From positions 64,001 to 128,000 of the forward strand of contig CAVUCU010000001.1 of the NCBI GenBank assembly GCA_963740085.1: DNA of 64,000 nucleotides, in the 5' to 3' direction. The translations under genes and the position numbers were made by a program. Shown in pieces: positions 8,833 to 19,500 of this stretch (position 1 is its first letter; the number at the start of each line of letters is the position of its first letter). Source of the DNA: Nitrospirota bacterium (GTDB taxonomy: Bacteria > Nitrospirota > UBA9217). The notes under the pieces were generated by a model. The model ran no database searches and had not been told where the DNA came from. It was given only the letters and a program-made list of their open reading frames with translations.

Positions 8833-11800
8833 TTATGCCTTTGCCTTTTTCTTCTTAAAGAAATTCTCCAGATCATCCACAAGCGTGTACACGACCGGAA
8901 TGACCACGAGCGTCAGCAGTGTCGAGGTGATGAGGCCGCCGATCACGGCAATGGCCATGGGTGCGCGCTGCTCGGCACCCTCGCCGATCTTGAGCGCCGT
9001 CGGCAGCATGCCGAAGACCATGGCCGCCGTAGTCATGATGATAGGCCGGAGCCGCACCGGACCAGCCTTCATGAGCGCTTCATCGCGCGACATGCCCCGG
9101 CTGCGAAGCGTTATCGTGTAATCCACGAGCAGAATGGCGTTCTTGGTAACCAGCCCCATCAACATAATGATGCCGATGAGGCTGAATATGCTGATACGTT
9201 CTCCCGTAATTAACAGCAGCCCCAGGGCGCCGACAAGGCTCACCGGGAGCGAGAACATGATGGTAAAGGGATGCACGAAGCTCTCGAACTGGGCAGCCAG
9301 GATCATATAGACCATGATGACGGCAATGACCAGTGCGAAGGCGATATTTTTGAACGCGTCAAGCATGACGTCCGCCATACCCACGAGCTTGAAGGACATG
9401 TCCGGCGACAGGTTCTTGTTGATGATCTGCTCGAGGTCATTGACCGCCGTGGCCATGGGCTTCGTCTTGCTGATGTTCGAGAATACCGCCGCGCCGCGCT
9501 GCCGGTTCATATGCATGATCACCGTGGGCCCGGTGCCGGTAGACTGCTCGGTAACATCCCGCAGTCTCACGAGCTCTCCCGTGGACGAGCGGACCTGCAG
9601 GACGCCGATGTCGTCAGGCTGGTCCCGCTCGGACTTGATAAGACGCGCCGTGATGTCGTAGCGCTCCCCTTCCTTCTCGTCCTTGTACTTGCCGACGATC
9701 TCACCGCCGATCATCGTATTGACCGTGGCGCCAATGGCTGCCGCGCTGACGCCGTAGTTGGCAGCCCGGTCACGATCGATGCGGAGTTTAACCTCCGGCT
9801 TGCCGATCTCGATGGACGTATCGGCGTCTACGATCCCCGGAACCTTCGCAAACTGGTCCTTGATTGCCATCGTCCTTTGGTTCAGTTCATCCAGATCCCG
9901 TCCCTGGATCATCACCTGGATGGGGACCGCCCGTAAACCACCGCCCACCATCGCTATCTCTTCTACGGAAGATTTGATCGCCTTTGCCGTGGACAGCTCG
10001 TCGCGCACCTGCTTCATCGAGTCGAGCTGAATGAGTTGCCGGTCCTTCCGTTCCTTCAGGTTGACATAGATCTTGCTTTTGTTACTTTCCGGGGCAAAAT
10101 CCGAACCAGTAACGTAGAAGGTGCTGGCGATCTCCTTGCGTTTCCTGAGCTGTTCGTCAACCTGCCGCATGACGGCATCGGCCCGTGGCAATGAATAATC
10201 GATGGGGGTTTCCAGGCGCACCAGGTAGCGTCCCTGGTCCGCAGCCGGCATGAATTCCTTGTCGATGATAACAAAAAGGGCAAGTCCGGCAATGACGCTT
10301 GCCAAGGCGAGCAGGATGGTCTTCCAGCGGTTCCGGAGCGCCAGGGCGAGAAGGGGCTTGTAGACGCTAAAAAGGGCATCGAATCCCCGCTCCAGGAACA
10401 TATAGACTTTTCCATGCTTCGGCCGGTAGCTCAAAAAACGCGACGACAACATGGGCGTCATGGTCAGCGACACAAACAGCGATATCAGGACCGCCACGGT
10501 TACCGTGATCCCGAATTCGTAAAAGAACTTGCCTATGATACCTTTCATGAACGCAACGGGCACGAATACGGCAACGATCGACATGGTGGTGGCCATGACC
10601 GCGAGCCCGATCTCCGACGCGCCTTCCCGTGCGGCCTCCATCGGGGCCTCCCCCTCCTCCATGCGGCGATAGATGTTCTCGAGCACCACGATGGCGTCAT
10701 CGATCAGGATGCCGATCGAGATCGACAGGCCGAGCATGGTCATCATGTTCAGGGTGAATCCCAAGGCATAGATGAATGCAAAGGTGGCGATAACGGAGGT
10801 CGGCAGCGCCACAGCGCTGATGAGAGTGCTCCGGATACTCCGGAGAAAGACGAAGATGATCAAAATAGCAAGCACCGCACCGAGCCAGAGCGAAACCTGG
10901 ACATCCTCGATAGACCGGCGAATGTAAACAGACTGGTCGAAGGTAATGTCAAGCTTGATCCCTTGGGGCGGTTTGACGGCGGCGACCGCAGCCTTGATGC
11001 GCTCGGCAACTGCCACGGTGTTCTCTCCGGACTGACGTTTTACCGACAGTCCCACCGCGGTCTTTCCGTTGAATCGGGTAATGGAGCGCTCTTCCTCGAG
11101 ACCGTCCTCGGCATAACCGATATCGCGGAGCTTGATGAGCTGTCCATGACGATATGACACCACCAGATCGTTGAACGCTTCCGGCGTTTCGAATTCACCC
11201 TTGGTCTTTACAATATATTCTATCCGCTGGTTCTCGATCTTGCCGCCGGGAACCTCTTTGTGCTCCGCGCCGAGCGCCTGCTTTACATCGTTTGACGTAA
11301 GCGCAAACGCATCCATTTTTTTTCGGTCAAGCCAGATCCGGACCTGCCGCGTGCGGCCGCCGTTTATGGTCACAGAACCCACGCCGGGTATCTTCTCGAT
11401 GTCACGCTTCAGGACCTTGTCCGCATAGTGGGTGAGGTCCTTGATGTTCCGGTCTCCCCACACAGCGATCAGGATGATCGGCTGGTCCTCGGGGCTGATC
11501 TTCTCGATCACCGGCGGATCCGTATCCTTGGGCAAGCGGTTCCGCACGGCCGCAACCTTATCGCGAACATCCTGGGCCGCCTGTTCCACATTGCGTTCGA
11601 GAAAGAACTCTACCGTGACAATGGAGTTTTCTTCCATGCTCCGTGAAGTGATGGTCTTGACACCGTTAATAGTATTCACGGCCTCTTCAATGACGTCCGT
11701 GACATCGACCTCCATGACCTCCGGGGAGGCGCCCACGAGCTTTGTCGTGATGTTCACGATCGGGAAGTCGACTTTGGGGAAGAGGTCCAGGGCCAGACGC

Positions 11801-11889
11801 GGCAGGGCGACAAGCCCGAACACAATGAGCGCCAGCGCAATCATGGTCATGAATACGGGACGTTTGATGGCTATTTCAGGAAGTCGCAC
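8833..11889 (-). CDS. RND efflux permease (AcrB/MdtC/SwrC family)
   Basis: 1018 aa; [31 protein letters not shown] and RLRPIIMTT motifs. Confidence 0.95.
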   Translation of the reverse strand: MRLPEIAIKRPVFMTMIALALIVFGLVALPRLALDLFPKVDFPIVNITTKLVGASPEVMEVDVTDVIEEAVNTINGVKTITSRSMEENSIVTVEFFLERNVEQAAQDVRDKVAAVRNRLPKDTDPPVIEKISPEDQPIILIAVWGDRNIKDLTHYADKVLKRDIEKIPGVGSVTINGGRTRQVRIWLDRKKMDAFALTSNDVKQALGAEHKEVPGGKIENQRIEYIVKTKGEFETPEAFNDLVVSYRHGQLIKLRDIGYAEDGLEEERSITRFNGKTAVGLSVKRQSGENTVAVAERIKAAVAAVKPPQGIKLDITFDQSVYIRRSIEDVQVSLWLGAVLAILIIFVFLRSIRSTLISAVALPTSVIATFAFIYALGFTLNMMTMLGLSISIGILIDDAIVVLENIYRRMEEGEAPMEAAREGASEIGLAVMATTMSIVAVFVPVAFMKGIIGKFFYEFGITVTVAVLISLFVSLTMTPMLSSRFLSYRPKHGKVYMFLERGFDALFSVYKPLLALALRNRWKTILLALASVIAGLALFVIIDKEFMPAADQGRYLVRLETPIDYSLPRADAVMRQVDEQLRKRKEIASTFYVTGSDFAPESNKSKIYVNLKERKDRQLIQLDSMKQVRDELSTAKAIKSSVEEIAMVGGGLRAVPIQVMIQGRDLDELNQRTMAIKDQFAKVPGIVDADTSIEIGKPEVKLRIDRDRAANYGVSAAAIGATVNTMIGGEIVGKYKDEKEGERYDITARLIKSERDQPDDIGVLQVRSSTGELVRLRDVTEQSTGTGPTVIMHMNRQRGAAVFSNISKTKPMATAVNDLEQIINKNLSPDMSFKLVGMADVMLDAFKNIAFALVIAVIMVYMILAAQFESFVHPFTIMFSLPVSLVGALGLLLITGERISIFSLIGIIMLMGLVTKNAILLVDYTITLRSRGMSRDEALMKAGPVRLRPIIMTTAAMVFGMLPTALKIGEGAEQRAPMAIAVIGGLITSTLLTLVVIPVVYTLVDDLENFFKKKKAKA

Positions 11890-11939
11890 GCTTAACCTCG
11901 TGTATTAAAACCAAAAAGGGATGAAAAAGCAAGTCTGTC

Positions 11940-11982
11940 CGCGTCCCTCATCCTGGTGAGCAAAGCGAACGGTCGTCCATAA
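11940..11982. repeat. Partial reverse copy of the GACCGTTCGCT..CTCAC element
   Basis: GTGAGCAAAGCGAACGGTCGTCCAT is the reverse complement of the core seen at 356-375 and 25083-25102. Confidence 0.65.
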
Positions 11983-11987
11983 TCCGT

Positions 11988-13298
11988 TCACGGTTTTTCA
12001 ATATTCTTTCCCATCATACCGATGCTCTTCTTGAGCCTCAGGATCGCCACCTGACGGTCGTAGGTCGTGTTTATCAGTTCATGCTCCGCCATATTCAACG
12101 CCTGCTCGGCGTCGATGAGCGATAGACTCGGCGCCAGTCCTTCGGAAAACAATCCCTCTACGGCATCGAAATTTCCCTTCGCATACTCCATCTGGAGCTT
12201 TACCGTCTCCAGCACCGAGGTAACCGTCTGAAGATTTACATAAGCCTCATGCACGTCAGACTCAATGGATTTTCGCATAAAATCACTGGCAAATTCCGCC
12301 TGGCGGGCCTTGGACCGCGCCTCCGATACTTCGGCTTTCATCAGACCGCCCTCAAAAATCGGTATCTGGAGCCGGAGGCCGCCATAATAAGAAGTCGCGT
12401 CCGTAAAAATTGCGGGCCGCGAGTCCTGGTACTGTACACCGGCCTCGGCGTACAACTGAGGATAGTGGCCGCCTTGCACGATCGTGACATTTTCCGAGGC
12501 GATACCTGCGGTTATTTTCGATCCGGCGTAATCGTCCCTGTTTTGAAGGGCCAGGGCCTTGAGACTCTCAAGATCTTCAACAGGCTGGTCCAGCGCTCGG
12601 GGTTCGGTCAAGATCGCATCCACCGGAAGTTTAGTGAGAAGGCCTAATTTTTCCCTGATTATCTTGAGGCCGTCTTGAGCCCTCACGAGGTTGATACTGG
12701 CCTGGCTCACGAGTGCGTTGGCGCGCAGAAGGGCCGAGGCATTTGCCCTGGTCTTCCGCGTCGCTGCCTCACGCTCTGTCACCAGCTTGAAGTGCTCCAT
12801 GCGCTTGAGTGAATTCTTGCTGATCTCAATGGACCTTTGCGCCTTCAGTACACCGAAGTATGCTTCGGCCACCCGGATCAGGAGGTCCTGTTTGGCAACA
12901 GACAGCCCCTCCCTGCTCGATTCCCACATTTTCTTCGCGGTGCGGAGCGCTGCTAAAGTCCTGCCGCCGGTATAGAGCGGCTGGGTCAAGACCAGCGCTG
13001 CCTGGTATTGCTCCAGCGGCTGGAAGAGAAAGTCACCGCCTTCAGGAGGAAGGGTCTCGTTGAAACGTGTATACGCTGCCCGGGCAGTCAAGCGGGGGTA
13101 AAGATAGGTCCCTGCCTGGTCAACGATGTCTTCCGACTGCGACACTCCTTCTTCGGAGATCTTGATCTGTTCGTTTGTGCCGAGAGCGGACCGATAAGCG
13201 TCCTCAAGGGTATAGACCCTTTCCTCGCCAGATACCACCGTCGCGCTCAAGAGAAGTGTCATCAGCAGGGCGATCCCCGGCAAAGTCCTTCTTGTCAT
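11988..13298 (-). CDS. TolC family outer membrane efflux protein
   Basis: 436 aa with signal peptide and OEP repeats (LYPRL, QPLYTGG, HYPQL, IPIFEGG); ATGA overlap with tetR. Confidence 0.9.
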   Translation of the reverse strand: MTRRTLPGIALLMTLLLSATVVSGEERVYTLEDAYRSALGTNEQIKISEEGVSQSEDIVDQAGTYLYPRLTARAAYTRFNETLPPEGGDFLFQPLEQYQAALVLTQPLYTGGRTLAALRTAKKMWESSREGLSVAKQDLLIRVAEAYFGVLKAQRSIEISKNSLKRMEHFKLVTEREAATRKTRANASALLRANALVSQASINLVRAQDGLKIIREKLGLLTKLPVDAILTEPRALDQPVEDLESLKALALQNRDDYAGSKITAGIASENVTIVQGGHYPQLYAEAGVQYQDSRPAIFTDATSYYGGLRLQIPIFEGGLMKAEVSEARSKARQAEFASDFMRKSIESDVHEAYVNLQTVTSVLETVKLQMEYAKGNFDAVEGLFSEGLAPSLSLIDAEQALNMAEHELINTTYDRQVAILRLKKSIGMMGKNIEKP

Positions 13299-14002
13299 GT
13301 TCGGACCCCTGTCTTTTGTTTCAGTTTTCGGGTGTTGTTCGGAACGCTCAACCCGCTGAAAAATATCTCGGTGACAAATGCGCCCAGTTTCTCTGATGAC
13401 AGATCCACCTTCTTTTTCTGTATGTAGGGGCTGATCGGGATATAGATGAAGCTGTGAATGATCATGCCGATCAAAGCGACCACTGCCATAAGCGGGTTCA
13501 TTTTCTTGAGTTCACCCGACTTCATGCCTGCCTTGAGGATTTTTACCAGCGTGGCGTGGTTTTTAGCGAAATAGTGTTGTGCTATCCATTTGAGGTTCTC
13601 GCTCTTTGTACCCGTTGTGGAGAATTCCATGGCGAGGATCTTCCGGAGATCTTCATTGTCATGCTGAAAACTGATGAAGCCTTTGATATATCTTTGGATC
13701 TTCTCGCGTGCCGGCGCCGTTCCTTGAAAGATCTCATGCCTCCAGATTTCCTGCATGGCATCAAAAGAATCTGACAGTACCGCGCGATACAGATCTACCT
13801 TGTCCTGAAAATAATAGTAGATCATGGCCTTATTGACCCGCGCGGCTTCGGCGACCTCACGGATCGAGGTCCCGGAAAAGCCCCTGAGCGCAAAGACCTT
13901 GCGCGCGGCAGCGAGGATATCGGCCCTCGTGTCCTCGTCACTTCCCGACAACTTCGGGCGGCGACCCACCGCTCTTTTTATTGTTCGTTGAGGTTTAGGC
14001 AT
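13295..14002 (-). CDS. TetR/AcrR family transcriptional regulator
   Basis: ILAAARKVFALRGFSGTSIREVAEAARVNKAMIYYYF helix-turn-helix. Confidence 0.92.
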   Translation of the reverse strand: MPKPQRTIKRAVGRRPKLSGSDEDTRADILAAARKVFALRGFSGTSIREVAEAARVNKAMIYYYFQDKVDLYRAVLSDSFDAMQEIWRHEIFQGTAPAREKIQRYIKGFISFQHDNEDLRKILAMEFSTTGTKSENLKWIAQHYFAKNHATLVKILKAGMKSGELKKMNPLMAVVALIGMIIHSFIYIPISPYIQKKKVDLSSEKLGAFVTEIFFSGLSVPNNTRKLKQKTGVRT

Positions 14003-14005
14003 ATT

Positions 14006-14065
14006 TTAACTAATCGGTTAATTAATTGGTTGTTCAGAATACATTAAGGAGGGCTTCTTTGTCAA
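14006..14065 (-). promoter_or_regulatory. tetR promoter and probable TetR operator
   Basis: TTGACA-18bp-TATTCT (14065-14036); imperfect palindrome TTAAC-N6-GTTAA at 14006-14021 just before the ATG. Confidence 0.55.
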
Positions 14066-14116
14066 GGTATTTTGGCGTCCTGCAAGGGACTGCGATTGGC
14101 ACGAGACGTGAATATC

Positions 14117-14806
14117 CTACCAGAACCTTTCCATCGGTATCCATCCGTTGAATGCCATACCGCGGAGGAAGGTGCGAAGACCAAGGAGAACGATCAGGAC
14201 AGCGGCAGAGCGGTAGAGAGCGAGCTTCATGTGCGGCTGCAAACGGGTTATTAAAAAACCAAAAGACATCATGGCTGGTACGGTACTGAACCCGAATGTC
14301 CCCATGATCAACATCCCGGAGAAAAAACCGCCGCTTGCAGCAGCATTCATGAAGATCGGATAAAGCAGTCCGCAGGGAAGAAACCCGAGCAGCAGACCAA
14401 GCAGAAACGTACCCCACACGCTCTCGAGCGCGAGTATTGTGTGAAGCAAATTACGGAACGCAGAGGTCCTGGTTATCCCGGTTTCTTCAAAGATGCCCCT
14501 CTTCCCGAGGATCCCGGCGATATTCAAACCCATCAGTACCATGAATGAGCCCGCGATCAGCAGTACCGCTCCGGGGATACCGCGGTGTTCGCCGATGTAG
14601 GCGACAAAGGAGCCGATATATCCGAGAATTCCGCCCAGAAGGGAGTAGGTTGTTATTCTGCCGAGGTTATAAAGGATATGATAAGGCAAGGTCGGTTGCG
14701 CCGTCGGCTTTTTGAGCGAATACATAGCCACAAAACCGCCGCACATGCCGATGCAATGCATGCTTCCGAGGAGGCCGATGAAAAAGATTTCTATGACATT
14801 GGTCAT
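14117..14806 (-). CDS. DsbD_2 / TauE-SafE-like membrane protein associated with cbb3 biogenesis
   Basis: GSMHCIGMCGG, YNLGRITTY and GFLPCGLLY motifs; last gene of the cco operon. Confidence 0.85.
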   Translation of the reverse strand: MTNVIEIFFIGLLGSMHCIGMCGGFVAMYSLKKPTAQPTLPYHILYNLGRITTYSLLGGILGYIGSFVAYIGEHRGIPGAVLLIAGSFMVLMGLNIAGILGKRGIFEETGITRTSAFRNLLHTILALESVWGTFLLGLLLGFLPCGLLYPIFMNAAASGGFFSGMLIMGTFGFSTVPAMMSFGFLITRLQPHMKLALYRSAAVLIVLLGLRTFLRGMAFNGWIPMERFW

Positions 14807-14836
14807 GATTTGCCCAGCATCCTGATCAGGCGTAAA

Positions 14837-15427
14837 TCAGGTGGAAGTGTATGGACAGCCACCGTGATAAATCGGCCCCCCCGCGGTCACGTATTCCTGG
14901 AGGACCGTCACGGCATCCTTACGGAGCACGTCGCGCAACACCGCGATGCCTCGTTCGTTGAGCGATGAAACCCAGTCATCCATCTTTGGTCCTTCATCGA
15001 AGCCAATGGCCAGTGCATCCTCTTCACGCGCCCCGCACACGAGCCTTCTCACGCCGGACCAGGGGATGGCTCCAAAGCACATTGCGCATGGTTCCGTCGT
15101 AGCAAAAAGATCATAGTGCAACTTTCCGCCATCACTCAGATCATACCTGCCAAGGACCTGTTGCGCGATTGCCAGCGCTACGATCTCAGCGTGGAGAACC
15201 GAACAATTTGAAGATATAACCATATTGACACCCGGAGCGATCAGGCGCCCATCGTTGTCGAACACCGCGGCAGCGAACGGACCTCCGGTTGCGCGATGGA
15301 CATTCTGGTGTGAAAGTTCTAGAACGAACCGCATCCTGTCCTCCACTCCCGGGAAAACCTCAGGCGATTCGGACAAAAAGTGTTCCACCCATTCGGGTAA
15401 ATGGATATTGATTCCCGGTAGTTTCAT
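14837..15427 (-). CDS. Cytidine-deaminase-fold nucleoside deaminase, guanine deaminase-like
   Basis: GGPFAAAV, HAE, EPCAMC and GFDEGP motifs; start MKLPG at 15427. Confidence 0.85.
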   Translation of the reverse strand: MKLPGINIHLPEWVEHFLSESPEVFPGVEDRMRFVLELSHQNVHRATGGPFAAAVFDNDGRLIAPGVNMVISSNCSVLHAEIVALAIAQQVLGRYDLSDGGKLHYDLFATTEPCAMCFGAIPWSGVRRLVCGAREEDALAIGFDEGPKMDDWVSSLNERGIAVLRDVLRKDAVTVLQEYVTAGGPIYHGGCPYTST

Positions 15428-15478
15428 TTCAGTACTCCTGGAATGCACGGCTTCTCTCGCCGGTCGTCACACCGGTCC

Positions 15479-15622
15479 TCAGCTGTCATCATCCAACATG
15501 CGGTGCTTCGGACGTTCTATGTCGTCGAACTGGCCGGTCTTGGCCGCCCAGAGGAAAAGGAACCATGCGGCGAGGCCGATGAAGAACATGAGGATGATGA
15601 GTGCAATGATGGTCCAAAGCAT
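15479..15622 (-). CDS. ccoS: cbb3-type oxidase assembly protein CcoS (47 aa)
   Basis: Below the ORF-track cutoff. Manual translation MLWTIIALIILMFFIGLAAWFLFLWAAKTGQFDDIERPKHRMLDDDS* carries the WA.K.GQFDD motif. Confidence 0.9.
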   Translation of the reverse strand: MLWTIIALIILMFFIGLAAWFLFLWAAKTGQFDDIERPKHRMLDDDS

Positions 15623-15755
15623 AATATTTTATTCCTCTTTTTCAGATTTCTACTGTCTCCTTCACCTCGGTCCTCTCCTGTCAAGAGAGTTTATGTTGAA
15701 GAGGAATCCAGAAAGCAGTCCATCACGCGAAGGCCGAGGTTCCGGGAGGGGATAT

Positions 15756-18242
15756 CTAGCCTCTCAATCTCAACGAATTCATCACCACCGTCACGGAACT
15801 CATCGCCATGGCTGCTGCGGCTACAATGGGACTGAGCACCCCTGCCATGGCGAGTGGGATCGCAACTACATTATAAAAGAATGCCCAAAAGAGATTCTGT
15901 TTGATGATCTTGAAGGTCTTTCGGGATAATTCGACGGCCCGAACGACGCTCGAAAGGTCCGACCGCATCAGGACCACATCAGCCGATTCCATGGCAATGT
16001 CCGAACCCTCAGCCATCGCCATGCCTATATCGGCAGCCGCGAGCGCGGGCGCATCATTGATACCATCGCCGACCATGGCCACGACCTTTCCCGTCGACCG
16101 CAGTTTTGTAATTTCTTCAGATTTTCCCGCGGGGAGAACACCTGCGCTTACCTTACGGATCCCTGTCTTTTCAGCAACAGCCTTCGCCGTAGTTAAATTA
16201 TCCCCCGTGATCATGATAATGTCAATCTTCATGCCTTTCAATCTTCCAATGGCGCGCTGCGCATCCATCTTCGGCGTATCCATCAAGGCAATGATGCCGA
16301 GGACAGTTTTGTCCTGAGAGACCCATACAATCGTTTTTCCCTCAAGTTCACGCTTTAGGGTTTCAGCCGCGAACTCCGGTATTATCTGGACGCCTTCTTG
16401 TTCAAGAAAGACCTGTTTCCCGACGCGTATCGATGCACCCTGAACCTCCGCAATAACGCCCCGGCCAGGCAAGGCTCTAAACGCTCCCGCCTTGAAAAGT
16501 TCTATGCCGTGCTCTTCTGTATAACTCACGATCGCCTGTCCCATCAGATGCTCGGACCCCTGTTCAGCGGACGCGGCGTATTGCAGCATCAATCTGGAGT
16601 TTCGAGTTCGGCGTTCAGCGTTCTTGTTCGGCAATCCGCAATCCGCACTCAGCACTTCCACAACCCGCATCTTCCCGGTTGTGATCGTGCCGGTCTTGTC
16701 AAGGACAACGGTATCCACCTTATGCAATCGTTCCAGGATATCCCCTCCTTTTATCAGGATGCCGCCGCGTGCCGCCTTCCCCGTACCGGTCAGAACGGCA
16801 ACAGGAGTGGCAAGGCCGAGCGCGCAGGGACATGCTATCACCAGCACAGCCACCGCATGAAGTATTGGTATGGCGCCACTTGATCGTTGAGACCAGAAAA
16901 AGAACGTTGCCAGGGCCGTAATAATGACGACAGGAATGAAATAAAGAGATATTCGGTCTGCAAGTCGCTGGATCGGTGCCATGGATGCCTGGGCATTTTC
17001 CACGAGCCTTGAGATCTGCGAGAGGATCGTCTCCTTGCCGACGCGGGTAACTTCAAGAATGATTGTGCCGAGCCCGTTCATCGAACCCCCGATGACATCC
17101 ATGCCGGATAACTTTTCCACCGGTTTCGACTCTCCGGTGACAAAAGACTCGTCCACTTCGGAGGTCCCGTTGCGGACAATACCATCCAGCGGTATCTTCT
17201 CGCCAGGCCTCACTTCGAGCCTGTCGCCTCTTCGCACCTCCATGATAGATGCGAGAGTACGATCGTCTCCTCGAACGATCCTCGCTTCCTGAGGCTGAAG
17301 CGAGAGGAGCCGGGAAACTGCTTGTGAAGCCTTGTGTTTGGCTGAATTTTCCAGGAATCTGCCGAGAAGGACAAGGGTAATGATCATGGCAGCGGTATCG
17401 AAATAGACCTCTCCACCCGAGAGCAGGTGGTGAACGCTCAGAAAATAAGCGGACAGCGCGCCAAGAGAGACCAGGAGGTCCATGTTCAGCGTACGGTTTC
17501 TTATTCCGCGGTACGCACCGCTCAGGAATGGCCATCCTGAGTAGAACAGGACCGGCGTGCACAGGAGAAAGGCAGCAAGCTCCAGCACCCTTTTGGCAGC
17601 AGGTTCGATCCCCTGGAAAAAGCCTGCATACAGACCGAAACTCACCATCATAAGCTGCAGGGAGAAGAACGAGGCAGTACCTAACCGGATAAGCAGGTCG
17701 CGATTCTGTTTTTGCATGAACGCTTCCTGTGACGCTGGTGTATAGGGCCGCGCAAGATAACCGATGGAAGAGATCCGTGACATGATCCTGCTGAGAGTGA
17801 TCTGTGAACTGTCCCATTTGATAAGCGCCCGATGCGTGGCAAAGTTTATGCGCGCCGAAGCAACACCCGTGGTCCGCTCGAGGATCCTCTCATTCAGCCA
17901 GATGCATGACGAGCAGCGGATACCATCGATCATAAGGTCAGCTTCTTTGATCATGCCATCGCCCCTGATGAAAGGAATAAGCGGCTCGCTCTCCACGACC
18001 GGCAGGGAAGTTTCACGAGCCTTTGATTCTCGAAGTGCCTCGGGAAGACCGAAAGATATCCAGTCGCGCTTTTTATAAAAGTCCTGGAGCCCTTCTTGCG
18101 TTATGAGGATATAAATTGCACGGCAGGCATGGCAGCAGAAGACCTTTTGCCCCGTGGGAAGAGCCTCATAAACGGCGTCCTGTTCAGAAACCGGCAGGAG
18201 GCAGTGATCACAGATCAACTGAGTACGGTTCAAGGATGGCAC
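15756..18242 (-). CDS. ccoI: Cu-translocating P1B ATPase CcoI/FixI
   Basis: CDHC...FCCHAC, C..CIW, YFD, TGES, CPCALGLA, DKTGT, SEH and GDGIND motifs; GTG start directly after the ccoG stop. Confidence 0.92.
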   Translation of the reverse strand: MPSLNRTQLICDHCLLPVSEQDAVYEALPTGQKVFCCHACRAIYILITQEGLQDFYKKRDWISFGLPEALRESKARETSLPVVESEPLIPFIRGDGMIKEADLMIDGIRCSSCIWLNERILERTTGVASARINFATHRALIKWDSSQITLSRIMSRISSIGYLARPYTPASQEAFMQKQNRDLLIRLGTASFFSLQLMMVSFGLYAGFFQGIEPAAKRVLELAAFLLCTPVLFYSGWPFLSGAYRGIRNRTLNMDLLVSLGALSAYFLSVHHLLSGGEVYFDTAAMIITLVLLGRFLENSAKHKASQAVSRLLSLQPQEARIVRGDDRTLASIMEVRRGDRLEVRPGEKIPLDGIVRNGTSEVDESFVTGESKPVEKLSGMDVIGGSMNGLGTIILEVTRVGKETILSQISRLVENAQASMAPIQRLADRISLYFIPVVIITALATFFFWSQRSSGAIPILHAVAVLVIACPCALGLATPVAVLTGTGKAARGGILIKGGDILERLHKVDTVVLDKTGTITTGKMRVVEVLSADCGLPNKNAERRTRNSRLMLQYAASAEQGSEHLMGQAIVSYTEEHGIELFKAGAFRALPGRGVIAEVQGASIRVGKQVFLEQEGVQIIPEFAAETLKRELEGKTIVWVSQDKTVLGIIALMDTPKMDAQRAIGRLKGMKIDIIMITGDNLTTAKAVAEKTGIRKVSAGVLPAGKSEEITKLRSTGKVVAMVGDGINDAPALAAADIGMAMAEGSDIAMESADVVLMRSDLSSVVRAVELSRKTFKIIKQNLFWAFFYNVVAIPLAMAGVLSPIVAAAAMAMSSVTVVMNSLRLRG
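16592..16655. repeat. Heptamer repeat tract in frame inside ccoI
   Basis: Minus strand GTGCTGA GTGCGGA TTGCGGA TTGCCGA ... GCTGAAC GCCGAAC TCGAAAC TCCAGAT, encoding SADCGLPNKNAERRTRNS. Confidence 0.6.
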
Positions 18243-18243
18243 G

Positions 18244-19494
18244 TTATATCTCGACTCCTTTGTCCGAGCGTTCAGGGTATACGAATGGAGCTTCCTGAAC
18301 CATCTTGATCTCCTTTGAATCAGTATTCTCAAGGATAAAGTGCAACTGCGTCACCCGTTCGATAAGGTTCTTTCTCTGAACAAACACATACACCTTGATC
18401 CTCAATGAGGAGTTGGGCAGAAGCAGGAATGGGTTTTGAGAAACCACCAATTCCGCGTCTTTGATACCTGCAATTCTCAGTCGGTAACCGGCAGGAGCCA
18501 GGCTCCTGTTCTCCACGATCAGAAAGTAAGCATTCATCATTCCGCCCTTGATCCCCATCTGATGGTAGGGTTGTGATTCATCGCGGAACACCCAGAAATC
18601 GAAAGGGATCCTGATGTGGATCTGATACACAAGCATCATGGCAATGAACGCAAAGACAATCGAGAGCCCGATAACGCGGGCACGCGGACCTTTTTGGGTT
18701 CCGTCGCCGGAATCACCCCGGGAATATTCGATGAGCGGCGCCTTCCCCTGCGGCGCCATCTGTCCCGCACAGGCGTCGATACACTCCGCACAGTTGATGC
18801 ATTCCACCTGAAGTCCGTTCCGGATGTCAATGCCTGAAGGACAGGTACGCGTACAGGCCTCACAACCAAGACACTCGTCTTCGCGCTTCCGGTTAAAACC
18901 GATGGTAAGCGTCCGGTCATCGAAAAATGCGCTCTGGAGCCTTGAATAAGGGCACACCGATCGGCAGAATCTCTGACGGACGAATGCAAGATCGAGGTAG
19001 ATCAGAATAGTGAACAGGGTCCACGACCAGAACACCCAGGGTCCCAATGAAAGGTTCCTGATATCGGAAAGCATATCATAGGGAGAGACAAAGAACCAGA
19101 TGAGGTTGGCAGAAACAAGGAGCGATACAAGGAGCAGGATGACATGCGATCTTGTCGTTCGGAGGACGTGATGGCGGGTAAACCACGATGCCCTTCGTTC
19201 AATGAATCTCGCGAGATCAGACAGTATCGTTTGGGGACACGCCCAGCCGCACCAGATGCGGCCGTAAAGAACCGTAAAGAGCATAACACCGATAAAGAAG
19301 AGGAGAAACACGAGCAGAAGGAAGTAAGCTTCACTGATCCAGATGACAGAGCCGAAGAAATAGAGTTTGAGGGAAGGCACATCGAAGCGCAGGGCGCTTT
19401 CACCGTGAATTCTCAGGAAAGGCAAACCAAGCATCAGGACAGCCTGCAGCCATGCAACTAACCTGCGTCTGGTCCGAAAGGGTGTTGGTATCAT
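18244..19494 (-). CDS. ccoG: cbb3 accessory 4Fe-4S protein CcoG/FixG
   Basis: GRIWCGWACPQT, FCRSVCPY, CLGCEACTRTCP.GIDIR and ECINCAECIDAC motifs. Confidence 0.92.
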   Translation of the reverse strand: MIPTPFRTRRRLVAWLQAVLMLGLPFLRIHGESALRFDVPSLKLYFFGSVIWISEAYFLLLVFLLFFIGVMLFTVLYGRIWCGWACPQTILSDLARFIERRASWFTRHHVLRTTRSHVILLLVSLLVSANLIWFFVSPYDMLSDIRNLSLGPWVFWSWTLFTILIYLDLAFVRQRFCRSVCPYSRLQSAFFDDRTLTIGFNRKREDECLGCEACTRTCPSGIDIRNGLQVECINCAECIDACAGQMAPQGKAPLIEYSRGDSGDGTQKGPRARVIGLSIVFAFIAMMLVYQIHIRIPFDFWVFRDESQPYHQMGIKGGMMNAYFLIVENRSLAPAGYRLRIAGIKDAELVVSQNPFLLLPNSSLRIKVYVFVQRKNLIERVTQLHFILENTDSKEIKMVQEAPFVYPERSDKGVEI

Positions 19495-19500
19495 GCCTGC

